A stretch of 63,959 nucleotides of DNA, filler included, from Chthonomonadaceae bacterium (GTDB lineage: Bacteria > Armatimonadota > Chthonomonadetes > Chthonomonadales > Chthonomonadaceae): the NCBI GenBank assembly GCA_035650735.1. It is 7 parts of 7 records of this genome, joined end to end, with 100 filler letters (N's around TTAATTAATTAA, not from the genome) between each part and the next. Parts side by side here need not be neighbours in the genome. Positions count along the whole stretch, not along the records: positions 37,688 to 50,842 come from DASRGZ010000023.1; positions 50,943 to 55,591 come from DASRGZ010000024.1; positions 55,692 to 61,306 come from DASRGZ010000029.1; 4 more parts are not named here. The stretch is one strand, 5' to 3'. The notes under the pieces are model-generated. The model did not search any database. It saw only the letters and a program-made list of their open reading frames with translations, and was not told the DNA's origin. Shown here piece by piece: positions 47,070 through 57,058 of this stretch. The position numbers and the translations under genes are program-made. Every line of letters begins with the position of its first letter. The first letter of the stretch is position 1.

Positions 47070-47690
47070 CTACCTGTTTTTGAGGACCTGCTGCACCCGG
47101 GCGTAGATGCAGGCGTGCAGCGCTTGCGGGGGCAGTGTCGCGTCCAGAACAGAAATGCGTGCGGGATTTTTCTCCGCCTCGGCCAGGAATCCCTCCCGGA
47201 CCCGTTGGTGAAAAGCCAGCGATTCGGCCTCCATGCGGTTGCGCTCCCGCTGTCGGGCCAGCCCTACCTCAGGCGGCAGGTCCAGCAGGATCGTTACCTC
47301 AGGGATGAGCCCACCCGTAGCAAAGGTATTGAGCTGGGCGACGGTGTCGGGGCCGAGGCCGCGCGCATAGCCCTGATAGGCCACGCTGGAGTCGATGTAG
47401 CGGTCGCAGAGGACGACCTCCCCCGCCTCCAGGCCGGGACGAATGACCCGCTCGACATTCTGCGCGCGGGCCGCCAGGAACAGCAGCAGCTCGGCGCGCG
47501 GGGTCACCTGGCCCTGCAATACCAGAGTGCGCACGCCCTCGGCCACCGCGTCCCCGCCCGGCTCGCGCGTCACCCGCACCTGCCTTCCCTCCCGTTCCAG
47601 GGCGGCGCGCAACAGGGCGATCTGGGTTGTCTTGCCTGCGCCCTCCACCCCTTCAAACGTCACGAACAGCCCCGGCAAACGCTCTGCCAT
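47070..47690 (-). CDS. tmk: Thymidylate kinase
   Basis: FEGVEGAGKTTQ, TREPGG, CDRYIDSSVAYQG. Confidence 0.97.
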   Translation of the reverse strand: MAERLPGLFVTFEGVEGAGKTTQIALLRAALEREGRQVRVTREPGGDAVAEGVRTLVLQGQVTPRAELLLFLAARAQNVERVIRPGLEAGEVVLCDRYIDSSVAYQGYARGLGPDTVAQLNTFATGGLIPEVTILLDLPPEVGLARQRERNRMEAESLAFHQRVREGFLAEAEKNPARISVLDATLPPQALHACIYARVQQVLKNR

Positions 47691-47718
47691 GCGAACGGGC
47701 CTCCTTATAAACCGATGA

Positions 47719-47973
47719 AACCACCCGCTAACGCTAGAGACACAGAGGCACAGAGGAAAAGCAAAGAGAGAAAGACAAAGGCAAAACCCTTTGGACAGGA
47801 TGAACAGGATGAACGGGATGAACCGGATTTCAACAACCTAGACAAGCTCTGCTTCTCTCTCTTGCTCTAATCCTGTAAATCCGGTTCATCCTGTCTAATA
47901 ATCTTGTCTTTCTCTCTTTGCCTTTCTCCGTGCCTCCTCCGTGTCTCCGTGGCTCTAGCGTTAGCGGGTGGTT
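47719..47973. repeat. Second copy of the nested palindromic element (homolog of 31619-31871)
   Basis: AACCACCCGCTAACGCTAGAG 47719-39 / CTCTAGCGTTAGCGGGTGGTT 47953-73; same inner GACAGGATGAA-type repeats. Confidence 0.9.
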
Positions 47974-47978
47974 ATTTT

Positions 47979-49772
47979 TTATCTGGGCAGGATGCGCACG
48001 CGGCGGCGCGGCTCGACCCCGACACTCTCGGAGGCGAGCTGGTAGCGCTCTACAAGCTGGTGCTGCAGGCGGCGCGTGTAGGAGTTGGCCGGAGAGAGCT
48101 CTATCGGCGTGTTGGTCTGCTGCACCATCTCAATGGCGTCCTGCGCCTCCTGCAGCGCCGTCTCCGTTTCATCCTCGTTCCGATCCGGACTTTCCAGTCC
48201 AAAGATATCCCGCACGCTGGCCGCGATCTGGGTGATGGAATTGCTGCGCACGATATAGATAGGCAGCCGCCGCTGCGCGGCCTCGCGCATCTTGCCCGGC
48301 TCCCGCTTATAGTTGCCTTTGAGCGCCAGTACCACATCCGCATCGCTGATATCGCGGGCGATATAGGCCGGAACGTTCGTCTCGGCAATGGCGCGCTCCA
48401 GACGGCTGCGGCTGACGCCGTAGGGGAAGATGCGCACGGTGGCAGGAAGCGGCCTGGCGGTCGGGGCGGCGCCCTCCTGGAGCGGCGTAAAGCGCGCTGC
48501 CGGGCGCTCCTCGGTGGCAGGCCCCTCTTCTCTGGTTCTGTCGGTGGAGCGTGTGCGGTTGCTCACGCGCGGCATCGCCTCCGCCAAACGCTGCCGCCAG
48601 GGTTCGCGCTCGCGCTCCCGGTCGGGAAGCTCGCGGATGCCGCGCCCGGTTTCCTCTCCGGAGGGGGCGATTTCGATCTCTCCCTGCTCATTGCGGATGC
48701 GGATCTCCGGGCGTGCCGGCATGCCGCGCAGCAGGCGGTCTACCGTCTTCTCGACATCCAGGTGGACGGCCAGCTTATCCACCTCGATAATCTCGATGAT
48801 CACGTCGAAGGTCGGCGGCGCTTTGCGCTCCAGCACGGTCTTCTGCGTGCCGCGTCGCTTGGCCTCGTCGTCGGAGAGCGTGACGGCATGAATGCCCCCG
48901 ATCAGATCGGAGAGCGTCGGGTTCATCATCAGGTTTTCCAGGGTGTTGCCGTGCGCGGTTCCGATCAGCTGGACGCCGCGCTCGGCGATGGTGCGGGCCG
49001 CAAACGCCTCCTGCTCCGTGCCGATCTCATCAATGACGATCACCTCCGGCATGTGGTTTTCGACCGCCTCGATCATCACGTTATGCTGCTCGTCGGGTGT
49101 GGCGACCTGCATCCGCCGCGCTCGCCCGATGGCCGGGTGCGGGATATCGCCATCGCCGGCGATCTCGTTGCTGGTATCCACGATGACCACGCGCTTCTTG
49201 AGCTCTTCGGAGAGCACGCGCGCCACCTCGCGCAGCTTGGTGGTCTTGCCGCGACCGGGACGACCGAGCAGCAGGATGCTTTTGCCGCCCTGGACGATGT
49301 CCTGGATAATGTCAATGGTGCCGTAGACCGCGCGGCCAATGCGGCAGGTCAGGCCGACGATGCGGCCCTGCCGGTTGCGGATGGCAGAGATGCGGTGCAG
49401 GGTGCGCTCGATGCCGGCGCGGTTGTCTTTGCCGAAGGTGCCCACGCGCCCGACCACGTACTCGATGTCGCCGTCGGTGATGGGCTCCTGGCCGAGCTCG
49501 ACCACGCGCTGCGGGAAACGCGCCTCCGGGATGCGTCCCAGGTCCATGACGATCTCAAGGAGGTCTTCCAGGCTATCTTCCTGTTCCAGATGGGCGCGGA
49601 TAGGCGGGGGCAGCACTTCCAGGAGCTGATCCAGGTTGTCGGTGACGCGATGCTGGTGGGCGGTAAGCGGCGGACGCGCCCTGGCCGGCGTTTCCGGAGC
49701 AGGTATGGGGTAGGTGGGACCGGTCCCACCGTCCGAGTCGGTCAGGCGCGAGGTAAGTTGTTGGGTGTTCAT
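47979..49772 (-). CDS. SpoIIIAA/Ycf45-like AAA ATPase with C-terminal R3H domain
   Basis: [39 protein letters not shown]. Confidence 0.92.
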   Translation of the reverse strand: MNTQQLTSRLTDSDGGTGPTYPIPAPETPARARPPLTAHQHRVTDNLDQLLEVLPPPIRAHLEQEDSLEDLLEIVMDLGRIPEARFPQRVVELGQEPITDGDIEYVVGRVGTFGKDNRAGIERTLHRISAIRNRQGRIVGLTCRIGRAVYGTIDIIQDIVQGGKSILLLGRPGRGKTTKLREVARVLSEELKKRVVIVDTSNEIAGDGDIPHPAIGRARRMQVATPDEQHNVMIEAVENHMPEVIVIDEIGTEQEAFAARTIAERGVQLIGTAHGNTLENLMMNPTLSDLIGGIHAVTLSDDEAKRRGTQKTVLERKAPPTFDVIIEIIEVDKLAVHLDVEKTVDRLLRGMPARPEIRIRNEQGEIEIAPSGEETGRGIRELPDREREREPWRQRLAEAMPRVSNRTRSTDRTREEGPATEERPAARFTPLQEGAAPTARPLPATVRIFPYGVSRSRLERAIAETNVPAYIARDISDADVVLALKGNYKREPGKMREAAQRRLPIYIVRSNSITQIAASVRDIFGLESPDRNEDETETALQEAQDAIEMVQQTNTPIELSPANSYTRRLQHQLVERYQLASESVGVEPRRRVRILPR

Positions 49773-50252
49773 ATAGTGTTATCAGCCCTCCTTCTTGCGC
49801 AGGGGACGTCGGCGAGGCGGAGGCAAGCCGCCTCCCACGTTCATAGGCGCAAGCCTGGCGGGCGGGGCACACAAGCCGGAGCAGCGAATTCCAATGCGGC
49901 GACCGGCCCGAGGGCCGTGCCCGCAAAACGCTATGGGCGATAGCATCCCGGCTTTCGGCGCGGGACACGCTGCGCGCGGGGCAAACTGAAGGCCACCTAA
50001 CGCAGCGGAAGGACAGCAGGCCGTATTGCCTGCGTCACTCGGTGTACGTTTGCATACACTTTAAAAGACCGTAAATCGAGGCCGAAAGTTTCCTCAACTA
50101 CAATCATAGCGGATTTAGCAGGATTTCGCAAGCAGCAGGTGCGGTACGCCGTCCCAGGGTTTGCATGCACGGGGATCAGCGACTCTCCGCAGCGCCTTCG
50201 CTAACAGGAGCGACACCCTCTTTTGTATGGCATCCGATCTTCTCTATTCAAC

Positions 50253-50594
50253 TCACTCGTCCGCTTGAGTCTCTTCTTCGCTCTTCGGCGCAAAGATACT
50301 GGCAATATCCCTGGCTCCGTGAAGTACACGGACAATTTCGGTGGTTGTCTCTGTGGTGAGAGAGTAGATGCCGATCTTTGAAAAGCGCGGTACAAAAAAT
50401 ACCCGCAAGCCCTGAAGCGCGGGATTATTAAAGTCGCGCGGCGAACCGATGCCGGGCATAGTCGCGATCTTTCGGAATGCTTCCTGGGTTGCCTTAAGGA
50501 AGCGGTCTGATGCGTTCAGGCTTGTCCTGGCAATGTAATCTGCCTGCTCCATGATGTCGCGCCTGGCCTGAGGGCGTTTGACTATCTCTCGCAT
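50253..50594 (-). CDS. RelE/ParE family toxin
   Basis: ARRDI...YIA...A.DRFL...MPGIG...EIVRVLHGARD. Confidence 0.85.
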   Translation of the reverse strand: MREIVKRPQARRDIMEQADYIARTSLNASDRFLKATQEAFRKIATMPGIGSPRDFNNPALQGLRVFFVPRFSKIGIYSLTTETTTEIVRVLHGARDIASIFAPKSEEETQADE

Positions 50595-50600
50595 TATGTA

Positions 50601-50842
50601 ACCCAAGTTGCTACCCAATGGAGGGCATGACTGCCTTCAGGTATAGTGGAAGTGCCAACAACCACTCCCTGGAGGACAGCCATGCACCTTAAGATTATCA
50701 CAATCTACTGCCTTTGTGCCGATTTTCTTGTCGCCTACGGATACAAAGATGATCCCCAAGCCCGTCTGAGCACTGCTGAAGTCATGACGGTGGCGCTGGT
50801 GGCCGCCGCCTTCTTTCACGGCAACCAGGAAACCAGTCGGGT
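50601..50842 (+). mobile_element. IS982-family element left end with transposase 5' part (ATG 50682)
   Basis: IITIYCLCADFL...LSTAEVMTVALVAA.FF; ACCC-starting terminal repeat; the contig ends inside the element. Confidence 0.8.
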
Positions 50843-50942
50843 NNNNNNNNNNNNNNNNNNNNNNNNNNNNNNNNNNNNNNNNNNNNTTAATTAATTAANN
50901 NNNNNNNNNNNNNNNNNNNNNNNNNNNNNNNNNNNNNNNNNN

Positions 50943-52096
50943 AGCCCAGACGACAAACACTCACCCGCCGTCCTCTGACTGGCTGGCAGGCAGACACCTG
51001 GGTAGGCCGGGTGGGGCAGAGAGCCGCCTCTTCCAGGCGCGTGCCATAGGCCAGCGTCCATAAGGTGGCGATGGCTAAGACCACAAAGTGGCGGGCCGCC
51101 CGCTCACAGTCGGTGCGCCGGGTCTTGTGCCCTTGCCAACCACCACTCTTTAACAACCGGAAGCCGGCTTCGATCCAGACCCGAAGCCCATACCAGGCGA
51201 TCCCGACCTGTTCGGGGGGCAGATTGGTCAGCACCAGATAGGGTTCTTCCTGCCCAGCCAGCCAGACGCCGATCAGGGTGGCGGCCAGGCTCCTGGGAGG
51301 GGCAAAGGCCTGGCCGGCCCCGACCCAGGCCTGGCCCTTCCCGCCCAACAGCAGCCAGGCGGGAACCCGGCAGCCTCCCTGGGGAGCGAAGTGGCTCGTG
51401 TTGCGCACCCGCATCAGCGGATGCCAGCCCGCCGCGTCAATGACCCGATCGAGCGTGGGGCTCCATAGGCCCCGGTCACACAAGACCAGCACGTGCCAGG
51501 TTTTGGGCAGCAGCGGGCGCAACTGCTCTAGCATCCGCAGCCAGACCGGGTTCCCGGCCCCCGGTTGATTGCCCGGTAAGACACTCCACCAGAGGGGGAT
51601 AGCTGTGCCCCGGTAGAGCACCGAGCTGTGCCCCGGTAGAGCACCGAGATAGTCAAAACCGTCAAGCAGTCTCGGTGTCCGGTGGCATCCAGGGCCAGTT
51701 CGAGTTGGGTGTCGGTCCACAAACTGACCAGCCAGCCCACCAGGCCCCGACAGCAGGCTTCCCCCGAGACCTGCACCGAGCAAGGGGCCTGCTTGTCGGC
51801 TCCCTCGTAAAGCCATTCGCGCAAGCGTTGGCGTAAGGTGGGCCATCCGGCCACGGAGTACAGGGCGGTCAAGACCGCGTTTTGGCAGGCACTTTGGGCC
51901 AGAACCGTGCCATAGACCCAGAGGGCCAGTCCCGTGTGTTGGGCGGGGCGCAATTCGGGCAGATACTGGGCCAAGCTCTGTTGTATCTGGTAGAATACCG
52001 ATGGCAGGCGCATGGGAACTCTCCGCAAGATAGGGGGTGGAGCTACCCTATCTTGAGCGATTTCTGCGCGCTTTGCCACTTACAAATGTGCAGTAG
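50943..52096 (-). mobile_element. IS4-like element; transposase (ATG 52013) frameshifted
   Basis: LALDAT, VLCDRGL, YGLRVWIEAGFR.LKSGGW DDE motifs split over two frames; exact 23-bp tandem duplication at 51601-51646. Confidence 0.85.
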
Positions 52097-52235
52097 GCAT
52101 CTGTGCACCTACCCCTTTGAGCCAACCCCCGCAGGCGTGTTAGCTCATGCCGCCGTTTTTCTCCGGCATTGTACAGAAACTCGCTATACCCGGCAAGTAT
52201 TTTCACATAGGTTTGCGGACGGGTTTCTTAACACG

Positions 52236-52267
52236 AAAACGCCCCGGATCGTCGCTGAGCCGGGGCG
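52236..52267 (-). terminator. Putative intrinsic terminator
   Basis: CGCCCCGG...CCGGGGCG stem followed on the minus strand by TTTTCGTGTT. Confidence 0.55.
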
Positions 52268-52277
52268 CTGCTGCGTT

Positions 52278-52508
52278 GTTCGGAAAACGAACGGATACCG
52301 TTGGCGAATTCGTAATTGCCGTCTCAACGTGAGCTTCGGCTGTTCGATCCGAGGGGAGGTAGACACTCCCAGCCGTGTGGATCAATCTCACGCAGCCTGC
52401 TGCTGAGGAGATACGTCCACACCGTTGGGAGGGATTACCCGAGGGGAAGCGTAAGGTCCAATTCTAGCCGGTTCTGAATTCGCCAACGGTATCCGTTCGT
52501 TTTTGGAC
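52278..52508. ncRNA. Candidate structured non-coding RNA (rod with central bubble)
   Basis: Perfect 28-bp IR 52284-52311/52476-52503 enclosing a long hairpin 52366-52431; no convincing ORF. Confidence 0.55.
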
Positions 52509-52540
52509 AGGTAGGTTCGGCGACTTATTTATCTCGCACT

Positions 52541-52570
52541 TTCGCATATTCGCCCTATCGAATATGCGAA
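52541..52570. promoter_or_regulatory. Probable ArsR operator
   Basis: TTCGCATATTCG-6-CGAATATGCGAA perfect palindrome just upstream of a CATAAT -10 element and arsR. Confidence 0.7.
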
Positions 52571-52627
52571 ACTTATGGCATAATAGTAGTAGGGCATCGC
52601 TCCTGATGCGAAGAAAGGAATTTTTCC

Positions 52628-52972
52628 ATGCCAGACGCTCTCCGTCTGTTTAAGGCCAATGTCTTTCAGGCGCTCTCGCATCCAACCCGGATTGCCATTG
52701 TCGAGGCGTTGCGGGATGGGGAACTACCCGCAGGCGTTATCGTAGAACGCCTCGGATTGGAGCAGGCGAACGCCTCGCAGCATTTCTCCGTGCTGCGGGC
52801 CAAGAACATTGTCACCAGCCGCAAGGAGGGAAATCAAGTGTTCTACTCGGTGCGCGATCCGCTCCTGATCGAAGTGCTGGATATTCTGCGCCGCTACTTT
52901 CAGGCGCATATCGAAGAGGCCATGTCCATGCTCAAAGAGATGAATGAAAAAGAGGGAGCCGCTGTTAAGTGA
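52628..52972 (+). CDS. ArsR/SmtB family transcriptional regulator
   Basis: FQALSHPTRIAI...SQHFSVLR...RKEGNQVFYS; no cysteines. Confidence 0.93.
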   Translation: MPDALRLFKANVFQALSHPTRIAIVEALRDGELPAGVIVERLGLEQANASQHFSVLRAKNIVTSRKEGNQVFYSVRDPLLIEVLDILRRYFQAHIEEAMSMLKEMNEKEGAAVK

Positions 52973-54702
52973 GTACCCACATCCCTGCCTCTAACGGAAA
53001 CAACAAATTAACTCCGAAACTGCTGCTGTGCCTCAAAAACTACAAAGCGCAGGATTTTACTTCTGACCTTATCGCAGGGCTGACTGTGGGCCTTGTGGCG
53101 CTGCCGCTTGCAATGGCCTTCGGCATCGCGTCGGGCGTGACGCCGCAGGCCGGTATCTATACGGCGGTGGTCGCCGGGTTCCTCATTTCGGCGCTTGGCG
53201 GTTCACGGACGCAGATCGGCGGGCCGACCGGCGCGTTTGTCGTAATCATCGCCGGGATCATCGCCAAGTTCGGCCTGTCCGGGCTGCTCATGGTCACGCT
53301 TATGGCGGGCGTGATTCTGGTCTTCATGGGCGCGACCGGATTGGGAACGGCGGTCAAGTTCATTCCCCGGCCTGTCACCATCGGCTTTACCAACGGGATC
53401 GCGCTGCTGATTGCCTCGACACAGATTAAAGACTTCCTCGGCCTCAAAACCCCGGCGGTTCCGAGCGAGTTTTTAGGCCGCATGGAAGTGCTTGGCAAGC
53501 ATATCGGCACAACGCATCTTCCGACGCTGCTGCTGGCCTCGGCGTCGCTGGCGGTCATTCTGCTGGTTCCGCGCATGACCAAGAAAGTTCCCGGCTCCAT
53601 CGTCGCGCTGCTGCTCGGCACGGTGGCCGTCGCCTTTCTGCACCTGCCGGTTGCCACTATCGGGACAAAGTTCGGCGGCATCCCGCAGGGGCTTCCGCCG
53701 TTTTCCGTCCCGCCGTTCCGCCCCGATCTGATGATGACGCTGCTGCCTTCGGCCCTCACGGTGGCGCTGCTGGCGGCAGTGGAAAGCCTGCTCTCGGCGG
53801 TGGTGGCGGATGGCATGAGCGGCGACAAGCATAATTCCAACATGGAACTGGTGGCGCAGGGCGTCGCCAATCTCGCCAGTCCGCTTTTCGGCGGCATTCC
53901 GGCAACGGGGGCGATTGCGCGCACGGCAACGAATATCCGTTCCGGCGCGAAAACCCCGGTGGCGGGCCTCGTCCACGCGCTGACGCTGCTGCTCATTCTG
54001 CTGGTGGCTGCGCCCCTGGCCCGCTTCATTCCGCTCTCCACGCTCGCCGCCGTTCTCTTCGTGGTCGCTTATAACATGGGCGAATGGAAAGAAATCGGCG
54101 TCATTCTGAAACTCTCCAAAGCGGATAAAGCAGTCTGGGCCGTGACGTTCTTTCTCACCGTGTTTGCCGATCTGACGGTCGCGGTGGAAGTCGGGATCGG
54201 GCTGGCGGCGCTGCTCTACATCTACCGGATTGCGGAGACAACGACGGTTTCCACCGTCACCCCGGAATATATCGCCAACGGACGGGCGCACATTCTGCAA
54301 GACAAGGAAGTGCCGCCCTTCGTCACCATCCTCCGCATTCACGGGCCGTTCCTGTTCGGCACGACTGACAAGTTGGCCGAAGAGACGGCAGACCTTGCCA
54401 AATTCGCGCCGGTCGTCATTCTGCGGATTCGCAACATGACCGCCATAGATGCGACCGGCCTTCATGCGCTGGAAGTCTTCTCCGACCGGCTCAAGAAAGC
54501 AGGCAAGACGATGCTGCTATGCGGGGCGCGCGATCAGCCTGCGAAGTTGCTGGAACAGTCGGAATTCGTGGAGCATATCGGGGAGAAGAATATCCTGCCC
54601 CACGTCGAGGCGGCGCTGCACCGGGCAAAGGAGATCGTGGAAGATTTCGGCGGCGTCGGGCAGGAGATCGCGCGCGATTACTCGGCACGCGCGCCGGTCT
54701 GA
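52969..54702 (+). CDS. SulP/SLC26 inorganic anion or dicarboxylate transporter with STAS domain
   Basis: DLIAGLTVGLVALPLAMAF, GGPTGAF, ESLLSAVVAD, ATGAIARTATN, IDATG. Confidence 0.95.
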   Translation: MSTHIPASNGNNKLTPKLLLCLKNYKAQDFTSDLIAGLTVGLVALPLAMAFGIASGVTPQAGIYTAVVAGFLISALGGSRTQIGGPTGAFVVIIAGIIAKFGLSGLLMVTLMAGVILVFMGATGLGTAVKFIPRPVTIGFTNGIALLIASTQIKDFLGLKTPAVPSEFLGRMEVLGKHIGTTHLPTLLLASASLAVILLVPRMTKKVPGSIVALLLGTVAVAFLHLPVATIGTKFGGIPQGLPPFSVPPFRPDLMMTLLPSALTVALLAAVESLLSAVVADGMSGDKHNSNMELVAQGVANLASPLFGGIPATGAIARTATNIRSGAKTPVAGLVHALTLLLILLVAAPLARFIPLSTLAAVLFVVAYNMGEWKEIGVILKLSKADKAVWAVTFFLTVFADLTVAVEVGIGLAALLYIYRIAETTTVSTVTPEYIANGRAHILQDKEVPPFVTILRIHGPFLFGTTDKLAEETADLAKFAPVVILRIRNMTAIDATGLHALEVFSDRLKKAGKTMLLCGARDQPAKLLEQSEFVEHIGEKNILPHVEAALHRAKEIVEDFGGVGQEIARDYSARAPV

Positions 54703-54719
54703 GGCAGGGGACAGGGACA

Positions 54720-55202
54720 ATGCTCTATTTTGAGCGCATACGCAAAACCATCGGCGGCCAAGACATTACGCTGACCTCCTGGCTCGACCGGAAGGGCAAT
54801 ATCTATCGGGCGCTGGCTCCGCATTACATTCACATCGTGCATGACTGGTGGGGCGTTACCGGCACGTCCCGCGCAATGGCGCTGCACTCCCTCTCGGAAC
54901 TCCTGGCGGCGTATTTGCAGGGCAATAGCCCTGTCACGGAAGATGCAGCCGGACACGAGAAAGGTATCGCGCAAATGATAGGTTTTGAACGGGCAAGGCA
55001 ATCCGTGCAAGGGCATGGCGTCACCGTGACCTCGTGGTTCGACCCGGAAAAACAGGTCTGGCGGGCCTCGGCTCCCGCCTATATCCATGTGATCCATGAC
55101 TGGCCTGCTGCCTCCCTGCAAGGGCGGACGCGACAGGAAGCGGTGAATAATCTCGCCTCCCTCCTGAGCCACTATTTTGAGGATGCGACCGCGAATGTGT
55201 AG
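54720..55202 (+). CDS. Hypothetical protein made of two tandem homologous ~70-aa domains
   Basis: FER......G..(I/V)T(L/V)TSW.D.....(Y/W)RA.AP.YIH..HDW...G.(S/T)R..A...L..LL..Y occurs twice. Confidence 0.75.
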   Translation: MLYFERIRKTIGGQDITLTSWLDRKGNIYRALAPHYIHIVHDWWGVTGTSRAMALHSLSELLAAYLQGNSPVTEDAAGHEKGIAQMIGFERARQSVQGHGVTVTSWFDPEKQVWRASAPAYIHVIHDWPAASLQGRTRQEAVNNLASLLSHYFEDATANV

Positions 55203-55691
55203 GGTGTTGCCGATGGTCGCCGTACTGGTTATTCCCGGAAAGCTGGAAGGGCGCTGGCTGCGGCAACGCCGCACGCCGCTTCGCCTGGGGCAGCATCCCG
55301 ATCATTCCTGCCGCCTGCTGCTCGTCCGTCCTGGCGGCACGCCGATAGACGCCTGGCGGTTCCGAAAACTTCGGGCGGAACTGACCGCCTGGATTGAAAC
55401 CCGTTCCCGGAAGTGATCTGTCGGACAATGGGCATTGGTCGCCCGCAGGACAAAGAGGGGTAGGTATACCAAGTTCAGCCTGTATCTGGCAGGCAATGAG
55501 TGACCAAGCTCACCTCGGCTGGTGGCTCTGGCAGCGGTTGCCGACTCAACCGTAACCGCTGCCACAGACCCCCCGATGCCAGTGCCGTTGCNNNNNNNNN
55601 NNNNNNNNNNNNNNNNNNNNNNNNNNNNNNNNNNNTTAATTAATTAANNNNNNNNNNNNNNNNNNNNNNNNNNNNNNNNNNNNNNNNNNNN

Positions 55692-55828
55692 ACCGCAGAG
55701 ATCGGTGCGATTTGAGCCTCTTTCAGATCGGGCTGCTCTGGATTGAGCATTGCCTCAACGAAGGATTACCTATTCCAGTTCCGTTGAGCATACGGAGACT
55801 TTGCCCCGACAGAAAAAGTGTACGGTAG
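55692..55828 (+). mobile_element. IS4-like transposase 3' end and terminal repeat
   Basis: RRDRCDLSLFQIGL tail; end AAGTGTACGGTAG resembles AATGTGCAGTAG at 52085-52096. Confidence 0.55.
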
Positions 55829-55849
55829 TGAAAACCGGAAATACGAAAT

Positions 55850-55884
55850 AGCCGCAGGACAAGCAAGTTCTCTGTCCTGCGGCT
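55850..55884 (-). terminator. Terminator of the xdh-like operon
   Basis: AGCCGCAGGAC...GTCCTGCGGCT stem with a T-rich tail on the minus strand. Confidence 0.6.
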
Positions 55885-55940
55885 GGAAAAGTTAAACTTC
55901 GATCTAGCTCTCCGTGAAGGTGAGGGCCGTGGATTGAGAC

Positions 55941-56606
55941 TTACAGCGAGAACTCGCCGTAGAAGGCGGTGTTCTGGCCGCTCTTGGTCCAGTTGGCGCC
56001 GAGCGTCTTATCCAGAACGCTGCTCGTGCGGGTGTAGCCGACGCGGCGGTTGCTCAACTCGATGAGCGGAGTGTACCAGACCATGTTGGGCAGCTTGCAG
56101 CACTCATGGTTGGGCATGGCATCCACGACCAGATTGCCCACGCCCTTCGCTTCGACGCGATAGCTCTCGTCCTGGCGGGCGAACGTGATCGGCACGCGCT
56201 TGACGGCCACGAGCTTGCCAAGCGACTTGCCGTAGTTGGCTTGCAGCGCGGCGGTCAGCGCCTCGGCCTGGGCCGGGGTCGCCTTGACATCAATGTAGAG
56301 GACAGAGCGGCGGGCTGCCTCCTCATCGCGCAGGTTCTCGCTGCCGACGACAGCGGCCATCGCGTTCAGGCCCTCCAGGGAGACGCCGTTCCATGCGCCA
56401 TCGCGCACATGCCAGACCATCTCGGCCTCCCGCCCGGTCGTCGTCACCTCGCCGCCGAAGTGGCACGCGCCCGCGAACACGCTGGCGGTGCGGGCTTCGA
56501 CATAGTCACCGCGCAAATGGTTGCCCGTTTGCGACTTGGTTGGGGCGGCATTGGCAGCCGCGCCCACCGACAAAGCCAGCGCCAATGTCAGAAGGAAGTT
56601 TCGCAT
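55941..56606 (-). CDS. Secreted DUF1326-like protein
   Basis: Signal peptide; GDYVEART..VF.GAC, W....G.W.GV.L.GL, YID..AT..Q..AL. Confidence 0.7.
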   Translation of the reverse strand: MRNFLLTLALALSVGAAANAAPTKSQTGNHLRGDYVEARTASVFAGACHFGGEVTTTGREAEMVWHVRDGAWNGVSLEGLNAMAAVVGSENLRDEEAARRSVLYIDVKATPAQAEALTAALQANYGKSLGKLVAVKRVPITFARQDESYRVEAKGVGNLVVDAMPNHECCKLPNMVWYTPLIELSNRRVGYTRTSSVLDKTLGANWTKSGQNTAFYGEFSL

Positions 56607-56671
56607 AGCATTCATCTCCTTGCAAAAGAACAGGCCGGGCACGCGAAGACCGAACCTCCGGCGCACCCGCG

Positions 56672-56959
56672 TTAGGCAGTATCGGATGTCTCAAAGAGCG
56701 ATTTATAGCAAGCGCGGCCCGGCGTGCAGTCTTTCGGGCGGGCCAACTCGCCATCAGGCCCGATGACCTGCATCGTCAGGCGGCACCAGCAACGGTTGCT
56801 GCCGTCGAGCAGATGATGCTCTTCGGTAGGCACCTCCTGTAAGAAGTAGTAACGTTTGCTGCGCAGCTCGCGGCAGTAGGGGCTCTGTACCGGCCCTGCC
56901 GCCGCGCCTGCCTCTTGAGTTGTCGTCTGGATAGAGATTGTTTCGGTTTCCTGGGACAT
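56672..56959 (-). CDS. Small Cys-rich hypothetical protein
   Basis: C..LRSK...CWC..T....GPDG......C...R.CY. Confidence 0.7.
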   Translation of the reverse strand: MSQETETISIQTTTQEAGAAAGPVQSPYCRELRSKRYYFLQEVPTEEHHLLDGSNRCWCRLTMQVIGPDGELARPKDCTPGRACYKSLFETSDTA

Positions 56960-56989
56960 CGTCTTCACCTTTTGATGGCTGTCGGGGAA

Positions 56990-57043
56990 AGGCAGTTGGC
57001 AGTCGGAGAACCGATCTGTTGCTTTTACGATTGCCAACTGCCT
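56990..57043. repeat. Intergenic 16-bp inverted repeat with 7-nt periodicity
   Basis: AGGCAGTTGGCAGTCG / CGATTGCCAACTGCCT. Confidence 0.65.
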
Positions 57044-57058
57044 ACTCCCCACTGCCTG

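Noticed and set aside
52278..52508. Retron msr-msd assignment
   Set aside because: No reverse transcriptase on the contig; kept only as an unassigned structured RNA candidate.
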